A model generated the notes under the pieces. It did no database searches. It had not been told where the DNA came from and was given only the letters and a program-made list of their open reading frames with translations. From contig JBMUEW010000001.1 in NCBI GenBank assembly GCA_049460875.1, positions 31,943 through 95,942 on the forward strand: 64,000 bases of DNA, read 5' to 3'. Position numbers and translations under genes: made by a program. The DNA comes from Pontimonas sp. Lineage in GTDB: Bacteria > Actinomycetota > Actinomycetes > Actinomycetales > Microbacteriaceae. Positions 1 through 10,077 of the stretch are shown here, one piece after another (position 1 is the stretch's first letter; every line of letters begins with the position of its first letter).

Positions 1-1
1 A

Positions 2-676
2 GCCCTGCTGGCAGGCCACTTTCCCCTATCCGTTCTCACCAGTGAGAAGTGGCTCGAGGGCGTTCGGGAAGTGTGTGGCCAGTTTCCCGATGTGTGTGCG
101 GATTTACCGGTTTTCCTCGCACCGGAGTCGGTTCTGGAGAGCATCACGGGCTTTCACGTCCATCGCGGAACCCTCGCCAGTGTCGCCCGACCAGAGCTGC
201 CCGCAGTCTCAGATCTTCTCCAGGGGGCTCGTCGTGTCGTAATCCTGGAAAACATTGTCGATCACACCAACGTGGGCGCGATTTTTCGCTCGGTCGCCGG
301 GATAGGGGCCGATGCGGTGATTGTGTCGGAATCGTGCGCTGATCCGCTCTATCGACGAAGCGTCCGGGTGTCGATGGGCACCGTGATGCAGATCCCGTGG
401 ACTCGTGCAGGTTCCTGGGCTCAGCTGGCTGCTGATCTTGTCTCCGCCGGTTTTGAGACGGTAGCGCTCGCCCTTACCCCCGAGGCGACGCCTCTTGACG
501 TCTTTGCGGAGGATCCTCCTGAACGCCTTGCTCTGTTGTTGGGCACCGAAGGTGACGGTCTCTCGCCTGAAGCCCTGAACAGTGCCGACCACGTGGTGTC
601 CATTCCCATGAAAGGAGCGGTGGATTCGCTTAATGTTGCGGCGGCGAGTGCCGTCGCTTTGTGGGCTCTGCGCTAG
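2..676 (+). CDS. TrmH/SpoU-family RNA 2'-O-methyltransferase (5' partial)
   Basis: The frame is open to the window start (ALLAGHFPLSVLTSEKWL...). SPOUT motifs ENIVDHTNVGAIFRS, LLGTEGDGLS and IPMKGAVDSLNVAAA are present. Confidence 0.93.
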   Translation, partial: ALLAGHFPLSVLTSEKWLEGVREVCGQFPDVCADLPVFLAPESVLESITGFHVHRGTLASVARPELPAVSDLLQGARRVVILENIVDHTNVGAIFRSVAGIGADAVIVSESCADPLYRRSVRVSMGTVMQIPWTRAGSWAQLAADLVSAGFETVALALTPEATPLDVFAEDPPERLALLLGTEGDGLSPEALNSADHVVSIPMKGAVDSLNVAAASAVALWALR

Positions 677-3600
677 CGAAAGTTTCTGGCCGAGTCGGGC
701 ACTAAGACCTCGAGGCTTTCCACGCCATCGGCGACGATAGAGACCACACCTTCGGGGCTTCTCTCCAACAGGCCCCGCACAATCAGAGCAGAAGCGTCAC
801 GAAGCACGAGGCGATGACGTTTCCAGAAACCCACCCCGCAAATGACGTTGACCAGTCCAGTTTCGTCTTCAATATTGAGAAAGGTAACCCCACGAGCTGT
901 GGCGGGTCGTTGCCGGTGGGTGACGAGACCTCCAACCCAGACCCGTGACCCCACCTCACGAGTAGCCATATCGGCCACAGTGAAGACTCCCTGCGAACTC
1001 AACCATGCGCGGAGATAACGAAGCGGGTGGTCCCCAGGGGATGTCCCCGTAAATACTCGATCGGAAATCATCATCTCGTGATCGCTCAGAGGAGGGAACA
1101 GTGGTAGCGGGGGAGGCGTGCTGGTGTGGGGGAGGTGTTGGGGGTGCTCGTTGGCCAAGTATCCCGCGGACCACAGAGCCTCTCGCCGGTTGAGTTCCAA
1201 GTCTTCTAAAGCCCCAGAACTGGCGAGTGCTTCTATCTGGCGGGAAGAAAGACCTACTCTTCTGGCAAACTCCGTGGGATTGGCAAAAAGCCCCCTCGTC
1301 TGACGCTCTTTCACTATCCGCTCAGCAGTATCGTCTCCGATGCCCTTAATGCTGGCCAATCCCAGCCGAGTGGCCAGTTGACCATCTCGACGGTGGGTGA
1401 GTGTGGGATCTTCCTGATCGGGATCAAAAACAGACGAGGGTGTGGGCTGTTCGTAGTGCCGACACTGATCCAGGCCGGTAGGTGATGCGCCCTGAGGAGA
1501 AACCGGCTCTACTGAGGCATAGACATCGGAATATTGCACCGATGGCTTCCTCACCTCGACTCCATGGCGCTCTGCATCAGAGACAAGAGAAGCTGGCGCG
1601 TAGAACCCCATCGGCCACGCCCTCAGCAGCCCCGCAAGAAACGCAGCGGGGTAGTGAAGTTTCAACCACGCGCTGGCATAGACCAGCAGCGCAAAGCTCA
1701 GCGAGTGGCTCTCGGCGAAGCCAAAACTGGCGAACGCCTGAATCATGGCGTAAATACGGTCAGAGGTTGCCTGATCGAGACCGTGTGAAGCCATACCCCG
1801 ATAGAGGGTTTCGCGTAATGATTCAATGCGTTCCAGGCCTCGCTTCGATCCCATAGCTCGGCGCAACAAATCGGCGTCTTCTCCGGTACATCCCCCCACC
1901 GTCATCGCAATTTGCATGAGTTGCTCCTGAAAGATGGGAACACCCAACGTGCGCTCCAGGCAGCCCTCCAGCAGTGGGTGCGGATACTGGATGGGCTCTT
2001 GTCCCGCTTTTCGCTTCACAAAAGGGTGAACCGCGCCGCCCTGAATAGGGCCGGGTCTAACCATCGCGATCTGAATCGCGAGGTCATAGAACCTTCTCGG
2101 TTGCAGTCGCGGAAGTAGCGCCATTTGCGCCCTGGACTCCACCTGAAAAACGCCGATGGAATCAGCTCGACAGAGCATGTCATAGACACCCTGTTCGTCA
2201 CGGGGCAGAGTGTCGAGTTCCCATTTCTCGCCCAAGCTCTGCTCGACAAGGTCGAAAGTGTCTCTAATGGCTTCGAGAATGCCTAATCCCAGGAGGTCAA
2301 ACTTGACCAAACCCATCCATTCGCAATCATCCTTATCCCACTGCAGAACCGTTCTTTTTTCTCTTCGAGCAGGCTCAATAGGCACCACTTCTGAGACCGG
2401 CCTATCGGTGAGAACCATTCCTCCAGAGTGGATACCCAAATGGCGAGGCAGGGTCAACGTTCGCAGAGCCAAGGCTGTGACATCAGGAGGAATCGAATGC
2501 GACTCGCTCTCGCGGAGGGCGCCAGATCTTTCTACTTGTCGAGAGAAAGCATTTTGTTGACCAGGACTGTAACCCAGAGCACGCGCCATATCCCGCACCG
2601 CACTCTTGGCCTTGTATTCGATTACTGTGGCGACCTGGGCTGCTTGGGTTCTGCCATAGCGCTCATAGACATATTGGATGACCTCCTCACGTCGTCGGGA
2701 TTCGAAATCCACATCGATGTCGGGCTCTTCATCCCGCAGTGCCGAGAGGAACCGCTCAAAAGGGAGGTTGTAATAGATGGAATCCACCGCGGTGATATCC
2801 AACAAAAAACACACCGCTGAATTGGCTGCAGAGCCACGGCCCTGACACAAAATTCCTCGAGATCTTGCGAAAGCCACAATGTCGTGGACGATCAGGAAAT
2901 ACCCCGCAAAGTCTTTGCGATCAATGAGTTCAAGTTCACGCTCGATTCTCTGCCTGACCTCTGGTTTCGCACCCGGATATTTACGAGGAATAGCCTCCTC
3001 AATGAGCTCTCGCAGATAGCTCATGGTGGTGTGACCGTCGGGACAGAGTGTGCGAGGTAAGCCGGGTTGTACTTTTTTGAGCGAAAAACTCAACTCGCGT
3101 GCGATGTCGGCGCTGCGGAGAACAGCATCGGGGTACTGAGCAAACCGTCGGAATTGCTCACTCCCAGAGCGCAAATAAGCGCTGGGAGAAGCCGGAAGCC
3201 AGGGCGACAAGGATTCCATACTGCTGCGCGCCCGAACAGCCGCCATCGCCTGGGCGAGATCTGCTTCGCCCGGAGTCGCGTAGTGAACAAGACCTGTCAC
3301 CACTGTGGGAAGACTGTGTCGAGCGGCCAAAGACGCCAAAAAGTCGTTGTGCACGCTATCCAGGGGATGCTGATGGTCAAAGAGCTCCACCACAACGTTG
3401 CCTGGGCCAAATCTCTCCATCAAGGACAGCAAAGCCTTTTCGCTTCGTTCCTGTTCTGTGCGCGAGGGCGCTCGGTGGGGGGCAAGCGGGGCTCGAAGAG
3501 GACCTTTTCTGCACCCGGTCAAAATCATCCACTGGTCACGGCCAATATCCGCAAGAGTGTCGCGATCACACGTCAAGACTCCTTTCTCGCCCGAGGACAG

Positions 3601-4098
3601 GTGGGCTTCGGTAAGGGCTCGAGACAGTGTGTGATAGCCCTCTTCACCTCGGGCTAAGACCACAAGATGCTCTCCCGGAGGATCTTCTGTGTCTGTTCGA
3701 GAAGCATCGGACTCGAGAGTGATTTCGGCCCCAAAAACGGTAGGCATCTGATGAAGAGCAGCCGCTTCCGCAAAACGCACAGCGCCGTAGAGTCCATTGT
3801 GATCGGTCAGAGCAAGGCCGCGCAGGCCCAGACTGTGTCCTGTTTCCACGAGCTTTTCCGGTGATGAAACTCCATCTAAAAAGCTGAAGCTGCTGTGCAC
3901 ATGCAACTCGGCGTACTCAATCGAATCCTCGAGGGGCTCAGTGTTGCCTGCTGGAGGCTGATAGGGCGCGCGATGTGAGGACCACGCAGGCGAATCACCT
4001 GCGTCAGCACCTACGGGTGGAGAGCTACCCGGACGAGATGCTTCACGGAGACGCCGTTCGTGTTCCGACCAAGAAATAGGAGGGTTACTCCACCCCAT
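673..4098 (-). CDS. dnaE2: Error-prone DNA polymerase III alpha subunit DnaE2 (ImuC)
   Basis: 1141 aa with a PHP domain (ELHVHSSFSFLDG, TDHNG), GRGSAANS, catalytic PDIDVDF, and the DnaE2-type C-terminal SARNFR. Lies downstream of imuA'-imuB. Confidence 0.97.
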   Translation of the reverse strand: MGWSNPPISWSEHERRLREASRPGSSPPVGADAGDSPAWSSHRAPYQPPAGNTEPLEDSIEYAELHVHSSFSFLDGVSSPEKLVETGHSLGLRGLALTDHNGLYGAVRFAEAAALHQMPTVFGAEITLESDASRTDTEDPPGEHLVVLARGEEGYHTLSRALTEAHLSSGEKGVLTCDRDTLADIGRDQWMILTGCRKGPLRAPLAPHRAPSRTEQERSEKALLSLMERFGPGNVVVELFDHQHPLDSVHNDFLASLAARHSLPTVVTGLVHYATPGEADLAQAMAAVRARSSMESLSPWLPASPSAYLRSGSEQFRRFAQYPDAVLRSADIARELSFSLKKVQPGLPRTLCPDGHTTMSYLRELIEEAIPRKYPGAKPEVRQRIERELELIDRKDFAGYFLIVHDIVAFARSRGILCQGRGSAANSAVCFLLDITAVDSIYYNLPFERFLSALRDEEPDIDVDFESRRREEVIQYVYERYGRTQAAQVATVIEYKAKSAVRDMARALGYSPGQQNAFSRQVERSGALRESESHSIPPDVTALALRTLTLPRHLGIHSGGMVLTDRPVSEVVPIEPARREKRTVLQWDKDDCEWMGLVKFDLLGLGILEAIRDTFDLVEQSLGEKWELDTLPRDEQGVYDMLCRADSIGVFQVESRAQMALLPRLQPRRFYDLAIQIAMVRPGPIQGGAVHPFVKRKAGQEPIQYPHPLLEGCLERTLGVPIFQEQLMQIAMTVGGCTGEDADLLRRAMGSKRGLERIESLRETLYRGMASHGLDQATSDRIYAMIQAFASFGFAESHSLSFALLVYASAWLKLHYPAAFLAGLLRAWPMGFYAPASLVSDAERHGVEVRKPSVQYSDVYASVEPVSPQGASPTGLDQCRHYEQPTPSSVFDPDQEDPTLTHRRDGQLATRLGLASIKGIGDDTAERIVKERQTRGLFANPTEFARRVGLSSRQIEALASSGALEDLELNRREALWSAGYLANEHPQHLPHTSTPPPLPLFPPLSDHEMMISDRVFTGTSPGDHPLRYLRAWLSSQGVFTVADMATREVGSRVWVGGLVTHRQRPATARGVTFLNIEDETGLVNVICGVGFWKRHRLVLRDASALIVRGLLERSPEGVVSIVADGVESLEVLVPDSARNFR

Positions 4099-5651
4099 CA
4101 GTCATACCGTGCCTCAAGAGACCACGCGTGGTTACACAACGACACCAACCAGCCCATGCCCGCTTCATCAATGACTTGAAGGCGGTGCACAAAACGACTC
4201 CTCGTGGGATCCCACCATTTTTCCCACACTGGCCACGGTCCCGCCCACGAGGTAACTTTCACTCGCCGGGAACCCGAGACAAGCCACGCTGGTGGGCTCG
4301 AGAGCTCTGCTCGAGAAGACACCGTGACCGCATTTCCATCGCCGCCCAGCACGGAAACTTCTCGGGGAGTAGAAAAAATCGTTGCAGGAAGCGGGCTGGG
4401 AAGAGAACCGGGGAGAGGCCCCGAAGGGTCAGGGTTCTCATAATCCCCCCACGTCGTCACAACGTGAGTGTCCGAGGGCAAGCGCCCCTTCCTGGATGTC
4501 CCCGTCACCACACCGTGTGCACCGACCAGTCCCTGAACACGGGAGAGAACGTGATGCACTCGTGAATCGGGTCCAGCGCCCCATAAACCCGGCTCATGAG
4601 AAGAAAGATCTTCGGGGTCTAACGCCTCATATTCAACCCAGCTAACAGCAGGAGGGGCATTCCCTTCGCTGTTGTCACTGTCTCGAAAAGCTTGCTCTAA
4701 CTGCCAACGGACACGATCAAGGATGTCGGACGCCTCGAAGAATCGAGGGTGATTCCAGATTCTTATCAGTTCGGAACCATCGTCATATCCCACCGTGATA
4801 CGAAGGCGAGTCACCACCATTCCGCCGGCTCGGACTCTTGTCTCATACTGCTGCGTTCGAGCTTTCAGGCTAAAAGCGACCTGCTCTACGAGAGTGCAGG
4901 ACTCGGGTAATTCCATACGCTCGCGAGTGTCCTGTGGGGCATCGCGAACCAGCAGAGGTGTTCCTGAATTCCCTGTAGCGAGGTGAAATAACCGCTCACC
5001 CGGGACACCCAGCCGGTCCCGAATGGCATCGAGACCGAGCTCAACAAAATCACCCACCGTATGTAAGCCCAGACGTTGCAACAGTGACACTGTCTCTGGT
5101 TCTCCTAAAACATCGAGGGGCATCTCAGAGAGAAAAAGCTGTTGTTCCCCAGGTTCCACTCGACGCAGCGGGTAGCGATGGCTGGTGCTTTGTGCGGCAG
5201 TCACCGCGGTGAACAGGTCATCAGCGATGCCAATGCGCCCCTCGGCCAGAGGCTCACTACGCACAAGAGCGTCCACGAGCATCCGGCTAGCTGCTTCTTC
5301 GCTGCCATAGAAACGCTCTAAACCCCTGGCTCCAAAAGCCACGAGACCAGGACCTAAGACAGCGTGTTGGGGCACATACTCCGTAAGGTCCCTCAGTACT
5401 CGGTCAAAAGCTGAGCGATCACGATGCTCGTCGTGGGGAATAAGAACCAGAGTGGGAAGCAGGGTGTGGGCTTCACGACGTTTCATACCCGGTCGCACAC
5501 CTTCCTGGGTGGCGTTGAGCGAGCACTCCACCACCACTCCGCCCTGTATCAGGGCAAGAGGTTGTCCGGGTATGGCTTCCCCGCAGGAATCGTCACGGTA
5601 TGCCGCAACAACAGGCCATCGCGGACACCACAGAACGATGCTTCTGGTCAT
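4098..5651 (-). CDS. imuB: ImuB, catalytically inactive Y-family DNA polymerase
   Basis: N-terminal VLWCPRWP, GVRPGMKRREA, C-terminal WAGPWPVWEKWW and EARYD. Its stop overlaps the dnaE2 start. Confidence 0.93.
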   Translation of the reverse strand: MTRSIVLWCPRWPVVAAYRDDSCGEAIPGQPLALIQGGVVVECSLNATQEGVRPGMKRREAHTLLPTLVLIPHDEHRDRSAFDRVLRDLTEYVPQHAVLGPGLVAFGARGLERFYGSEEAASRMLVDALVRSEPLAEGRIGIADDLFTAVTAAQSTSHRYPLRRVEPGEQQLFLSEMPLDVLGEPETVSLLQRLGLHTVGDFVELGLDAIRDRLGVPGERLFHLATGNSGTPLLVRDAPQDTRERMELPESCTLVEQVAFSLKARTQQYETRVRAGGMVVTRLRITVGYDDGSELIRIWNHPRFFEASDILDRVRWQLEQAFRDSDNSEGNAPPAVSWVEYEALDPEDLSSHEPGLWGAGPDSRVHHVLSRVQGLVGAHGVVTGTSRKGRLPSDTHVVTTWGDYENPDPSGPLPGSLPSPLPATIFSTPREVSVLGGDGNAVTVSSRAELSSPPAWLVSGSRRVKVTSWAGPWPVWEKWWDPTRSRFVHRLQVIDEAGMGWLVSLCNHAWSLEARYD

Positions 5652-5655
5652 AAAA

Positions 5656-6354
5656 CTAGCCCGCCTTCCGGTGCTGAGCCATATCGATCACGGGAGCTAA
5701 CGGGGAGGCTTCGTGGACACCAGCGTGGTCAATGACGACATCACACACCCGAGTGGTGTGCCCCGACCGGGGAGTGGACTTCACGCGCACATAGTGTTCG
5801 CGAAGAAGACCTCGACCCGTGTCGACTCCGTCCCAGCGATGTTCGACCGAGAGTGTGGCGTCCACTCGAGGCCACCGAGACCTGACCAATACAGTGGATT
5901 GCCTTTCTCGCAGTCGCCCATAAAGAGCTGATAACGCACGATCGCTGGGTGGGGGGACAGAACCCAGAGCACACACGCCCACCACATCGATAAGAGCTCC
6001 TACAACCGACATCCACTGCGCACCAGGGGAGGGCACAAGAACCAGACGGTCGAGATTAACGCCCAACTCTTCAGCGGCAGCGAGGCCCACATCGGGCATA
6101 CCCACCACAGCGCACCACGTACCTTTCTGCGTGGTCTCAGCCAACAATGACCACAGCAGAGACGCAGAAGAGTCCACAGAATAGACAGCGCCTGTCAGCA
6201 GTCCACCCTGAGGGAAAAGGCTCTTCAGCGCTTCGTGAACGGGGAAAACCCGAGGATCTGCCGTCGTCTTCTCCATCGTGTGAATACGCTGACGCAACGC
6301 CTCCACATCAGCACGAGTCGGCTCGTGCTGATCGACAACGAGAGCAGGGGACAT
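5656..6354 (-). CDS. imuA: ImuA' (RecA-like mutasome accessory protein)
   Basis: WCAVVGMPDVGLAAAEELGVNLDRLVLVP is typical of actinobacterial ImuA'. Start moved to ATG 6354 because the longer ORF runs through the promoter and SOS box. Confidence 0.9.
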   Translation of the reverse strand: MSPALVVDQHEPTRADVEALRQRIHTMEKTTADPRVFPVHEALKSLFPQGGLLTGAVYSVDSSASLLWSLLAETTQKGTWCAVVGMPDVGLAAAEELGVNLDRLVLVPSPGAQWMSVVGALIDVVGVCALGSVPPPSDRALSALYGRLRERQSTVLVRSRWPRVDATLSVEHRWDGVDTGRGLLREHYVRVKSTPRSGHTTRVCDVVIDHAGVHEASPLAPVIDMAQHRKAG

Positions 6355-6360
6355 AGAGCT

Positions 6361-6389
6361 ATATTCGAACATTTGTTCGATTGTGTCAA
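6361..6389 (-). promoter_or_regulatory. LexA SOS box (6365-6380) inside the sigma-A promoter of imuA'-imuB-dnaE2
   Basis: Perfect actinobacterial SOS box TCGAAC-ATTT-GTTCGA at 6365-6380. On the minus strand the layout is TTGACA (6389-6384), 17 nt, GAATAT, 6 nt, ATG, i.e. leaderless. Confidence 0.93.
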
Positions 6390-6408
6390 CATCCACTGAC
6401 ACGCCCAC

Positions 6409-6444
6409 AAAAACAGGGCCCTTCACCCTGGTGAAAGACCCTGT
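6409..6444 (-). terminator. Intrinsic terminator after tRNA-Leu
   Basis: Minus-strand hairpin ACAGGGTCTTTCACC-AG-GGTGAAGGGCCCTGT followed by TTTT. Confidence 0.8.
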
Positions 6445-6451
6445 CGTCGCG

Positions 6452-6536
6452 TGCGCGAGGGGGGACTTGAACCCCCACGCCCTAATACGGGCACTAGCAC
6501 CTCAAGCTAGCGCGTCTGCCATTCCGCCACCCGCGC
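6452..6536 (-). tRNA. tRNA-Leu (anticodon GAG), CCA not encoded
   Basis: Reverse complement GCGCGGGTGGCGGAATGGCAGACGCGCTAGCTTGAGGTGCTAGTGCCCGTATTAGGGCGTGGGGGTTCAAGTCCCCCCTCGCGCA. Acceptor stem, anticodon arm CTAGC-TTGAGGT-GCTAG, long variable arm and TTCAA T-loop are all visible. Confidence 0.97.
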
Positions 6537-6630
6537 GCACACCATGTCATTTGCATAACACGACGCGACCGAGACACGACATTACCACTAAAGTCCACCG
6601 GGCATCAGGCCCATGCTTTAGCGTTAGGGC

Positions 6631-7488
6631 ATGGGCTTACTGGATGCACTCCTGCTGGGGCTCATCCAAGGTCTGACAGAATTTCTGCCCATTTCCTCCA
6701 GCGCACACCTGCGCATTGCTGGAGAGTTCTTACCCGCGGCAACAGACCCGGGCGCGACCTTCACGGCGATAACCCAAATTGGCACCGAATTGGCGGTCTT
6801 GGTGTATTTCGCCTCAGATATCGGGCGCATTCTTCGCTCCTGGTTCCGATCAGTGAGCAGGGGAAAAACCTGGTGGGCACACGCTTCTCGTGACGAACGC
6901 GCACAGGCTCGGATGGGCTGGCTGATCATCGTGGGGACACTTCCCATTGTGATTGTTGGATACACCGCACAGGAGTACATTCGGGGAGCTTTTCGCTCGC
7001 TCTGGCTCGTTGCCACGGTGCTCATTGTGTTCGGCTTGATCTTGGCCGCAGCCGACTGGTGGGGCCGAAAAACCAGGGACCTTACCCACCTCACCGCATC
7101 CCACGGTCTGCTCTACGGTCTAGCCCAAACACTGGCGCTCATACCGGGAGTTTCTCGCTCTGGTGCCACTATCGCCATGGGTCGAACACTGGGGTACGAC
7201 CGGGTATCCGCCACACGGTACTCTTTCCTGCTCGCGATTCCCGCAGTGCTCGGCAGCGGATTCTATGAGCTGAATACGGCGCTCACCAGGCCGGAACTGG
7301 CAGGACCTTTTGGTCTCGTAGAGATAACCGCAGCAACGGTGGTGGCCTTCGGAGTCGCACTCGCTGTCATCGCATGGCTCATGCGCTACATCGCGACCAA
7401 AAGCTTCATGCCCTTTGTCATCTACCGGGTAGCACTCGGAAGCGCTCTCCTGATAGCTCTCGGAACCGGGGCCATCGACCCGCTATGA
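6631..7488 (+). CDS. uppP: Undecaprenyl-diphosphate phosphatase
   Basis: QGLTEFLPISSSAH and PGVSRSGAT motifs; multiple transmembrane segments. Confidence 0.97.
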   Translation: MGLLDALLLGLIQGLTEFLPISSSAHLRIAGEFLPAATDPGATFTAITQIGTELAVLVYFASDIGRILRSWFRSVSRGKTWWAHASRDERAQARMGWLIIVGTLPIVIVGYTAQEYIRGAFRSLWLVATVLIVFGLILAAADWWGRKTRDLTHLTASHGLLYGLAQTLALIPGVSRSGATIAMGRTLGYDRVSATRYSFLLAIPAVLGSGFYELNTALTRPELAGPFGLVEITAATVVAFGVALAVIAWLMRYIATKSFMPFVIYRVALGSALLIALGTGAIDPL

Positions 7489-8337
7489 CTCGGTCGACCC
7501 TGGCCTATCGGGGCGACTTTGGAGATACTTTTCAAACTCTTCGGCGATAGCGTCCCCGGAGGCCTCTGGCGCGTCAGCGGCGTCCCTCGCTTGCTCTAGT
7601 TGGTCGATGTAGGCGGTCATGTCATCGTCCTCAGCAGCAAGCGCATCGATGCCCTCCTCCCAGCGCAGCGCCTCCACCTCGAGTGCTTCACGATCGGTAT
7701 CAATTCCGGTCATTTCTTCAAGCTTCTCCAGTAGAGCAAGAGTTGCCTTGGGAGAGGGGGACGTGTGGACGTAGTGGGGGACATGTGCCCATAGGTGCAA
7801 CGAGGGTATTCCGGCCTCTGCTGCGGCGAGCGAGAGGACAGTGAGCACGCCGACCGGCCCTTCGTAGGACGACTTTTCTATATCGAAGTGTTCCCGGATG
7901 TCGTGGTCGTCACTCGTCGCTGTTACCCGGACGGGCCTCGAGTGCGGAACATCGGCGAGCATGGCTCCGAGGAACACGATGGATTCGATTCCATGTGTCA
8001 GGGCGAGGTCCACCATGGTCGACGCGAAGGAGCGCCACAGTCGAGAGGGCTCTTGTCCCAGCAGAACGAATGGTGTTTCCTCATCACCTGCCTCTGGCCC
8101 ATACAGGGTGATGTCTGGCCAGTTGAGAAAACGAGTGCCATCGCTCGCGTGCTCAACGAGGGGTCTGGTGAGCTGGAAGTCGAAATACTCCTCTGGATCT
8201 ACCTGCGAAAGCACCAGGTGGACGCGCTGATCGAGAAGAGTTTGCGCCGCAGTGGTCGCGGAGTCACCCGCATCATTCCAGCCTTCAAACGCGACAATGA
8301 GCAGCTTGCTCGGGTCGCTCAAGGGGCTTTGGGACAT
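7483..8337 (-). CDS. PAC2 (proteasome assembly chaperone) family protein
   Basis: AFEGWNDAG, LADVPHSRP, YEGPVG, WAHVPHYV and PKATLALL are PAC2-family motifs. Confidence 0.9.
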   Translation of the reverse strand: MSQSPLSDPSKLLIVAFEGWNDAGDSATTAAQTLLDQRVHLVLSQVDPEEYFDFQLTRPLVEHASDGTRFLNWPDITLYGPEAGDEETPFVLLGQEPSRLWRSFASTMVDLALTHGIESIVFLGAMLADVPHSRPVRVTATSDDHDIREHFDIEKSSYEGPVGVLTVLSLAAAEAGIPSLHLWAHVPHYVHTSPSPKATLALLEKLEEMTGIDTDREALEVEALRWEEGIDALAAEDDDMTAYIDQLEQARDAADAPEASGDAIAEEFEKYLQSRPDRPGSTES

Positions 8338-8399
8338 GCAACCTCCGGTGGGGTGGCACCAGCCTACCCCTCTTGGGGCGCCCAGTAGACTTCGACGAT

Positions 8400-9083
8400 A
8401 TGGACCAGATGCAGGCCGTGCTGTTCGATATGGATGGCACCATCATCGACTCCGAGCCGTACTGGATGACTGCTGAGCGTGAGCTCGTCGAGAGCTTCGG
8501 TGGCACCTGGAGCGAAGAGCAGGCCTACGCTCTGGTCGGAAGTGGTCTGTGGAATTCAGCATCGCTGTTGCGGGCAGCTGGTGTCGATCTGGAGTTGGAT
8601 GACATCGTTCACCGGTTGAGTGATCGGGTTCTCGCCCAAATCGAGGAAGCTGTCCCTTGGCGACCAGGCGTTCGCGAGCTGTTTACGAGCCTTCTCGACG
8701 CTGGGATTCCCTGCGCCCTGGTGACGATGTCGTTGCGAAAAAACGCGGAAGCTCTCGCCAGGGCTGTCGCACGAGAACTTGACCAGGAGGTCTTCCAGGC
8801 GATTGTGGCCGGTGATGATGTCACCTCACCGAAACCGAACCCGGAGGCCTACCTCACGGCAGCTGAAGCTTTGGGAGTCGATATTCGCTCCACGGTGGCT
8901 CTCGAAGACTCGGCTTATGGTGCAGCCAGTGCGTTTTCGGCTGGAGCCGTCACGATCGGAATTCCCCTGCATGTCGGTATTCCAGAAAGCTCGGTCCACG
9001 TCATGTGGTCATCACTCGAGGGTGTGACCGTGGATCACCTCCGCGAGGTCTGGCGGACGGAGCGAATGGTGGGCTCGGCATGA
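8400..9083 (+). CDS. HAD-family phosphatase
   Basis: FDMDGTIIDSE motif I, KPNPEAY and LEDS. Start placed at ATG 8400, after the -10 TAGACT. Confidence 0.92.
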   Translation: MDQMQAVLFDMDGTIIDSEPYWMTAERELVESFGGTWSEEQAYALVGSGLWNSASLLRAAGVDLELDDIVHRLSDRVLAQIEEAVPWRPGVRELFTSLLDAGIPCALVTMSLRKNAEALARAVARELDQEVFQAIVAGDDVTSPKPNPEAYLTAAEALGVDIRSTVALEDSAYGAASAFSAGAVTIGIPLHVGIPESSVHVMWSSLEGVTVDHLREVWRTERMVGSA

Positions 9084-10054
9084 CCCCTCGGCGAGGTGTA
9101 TTTCAGGTTGGTGACCACGTTCAGTTGCGGGGGCCCAAAGGAACCCTGCACACCGTCACCCTAGAAAAAGGGGGAAGCTTTCACACCCATAAAGGTCAGA
9201 TCCTCCACGACGACGTCCTCGGTCTCCCCGAGGGCTCGGTGGTAAACACTGACCGGGATATTCCCTACCTAGCTCTTCGACCCCTGCTCTCTGATTTTGT
9301 TCTCTCCATGGCTCGGGGCGCAGCCATCATCTATCCCAAGGACGCAGCCCAGATTGTCTCGTTGGCCGACATCCAGCCGGGTCACCGGGTCATGGAGGCG
9401 GGGGTCGGTTCGGGAGCGCTCAGCATGTCTATCCTTCGAGCAATCGGCGAGGAGGGCGCTCTCACATCTCTCGAGCGGAGGGACGAATTTGCGGAGATAG
9501 CTAAGGCCAACGCGGAAACCTTTTTCGGGCACTCCATACCCCAGTGGACTATAGAGGTCGGAGATTTCCAGGAGCTCGCTCTGGCCCACCCCGAGGGCAG
9601 TGTCGACAGGGTGGTGTTAGACATGTTGGCTCCCTGGGAGTGCATCGCTGCGGTGAGCCACGTCCTCACTCCTGGAGGTGTCCTCGCCGTCTACGTGGCA
9701 ACGGTGACTCAGCTCTCACGCGTGGTCGAAGAAGTCAGGGCCTCTGGCCGTTTCACCCATCCTGAATCACTGGAGGTTTTGCTACGGCCCTGGCACGTTG
9801 AGGGTCTCGCTGTTCGACCCGAACACCGGATGATTGGGCACACGGGTTTTCTGATGACCGCGAGAGCACTTGCTGCGGGAGTCTCATTGCCCGAGACCAA
9901 GCGCCGAGGGGTCAAGCCCGAATACTCAGACGATGACGTCGAAGTGTGGACGCCGGGAGCAACCGGTCAACGGTACGCGAGTGATAAAAAAATCCGCAAA
10001 ACGATGCGGGAAGCCCAGGGCCGGGCAGCCAAATCGACGCGAAAGAATCTCTAA
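9080..10054 (+). CDS. trmI: tRNA (adenine-58-N1)-methyltransferase
   Basis: RGAAIIYPKD, EAGVGSGALS, VVLDMLAPW and HRMIGHTGFL. ATGA overlap with the HAD stop. Confidence 0.95.
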   Translation: MTPRRGVFQVGDHVQLRGPKGTLHTVTLEKGGSFHTHKGQILHDDVLGLPEGSVVNTDRDIPYLALRPLLSDFVLSMARGAAIIYPKDAAQIVSLADIQPGHRVMEAGVGSGALSMSILRAIGEEGALTSLERRDEFAEIAKANAETFFGHSIPQWTIEVGDFQELALAHPEGSVDRVVLDMLAPWECIAAVSHVLTPGGVLAVYVATVTQLSRVVEEVRASGRFTHPESLEVLLRPWHVEGLAVRPEHRMIGHTGFLMTARALAAGVSLPETKRRGVKPEYSDDDVEVWTPGATGQRYASDKKIRKTMREAQGRAAKSTRKNL

Positions 10055-10077
10055 GGCACGCCCCGTAGACTGGGGTA

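Noticed and set aside
673-6536. imuA'-imuB-dnaE2 as an island integrated at tRNA-Leu
   Set aside because: No integrase, no duplicated tRNA 3' end and no compositional shift were seen.
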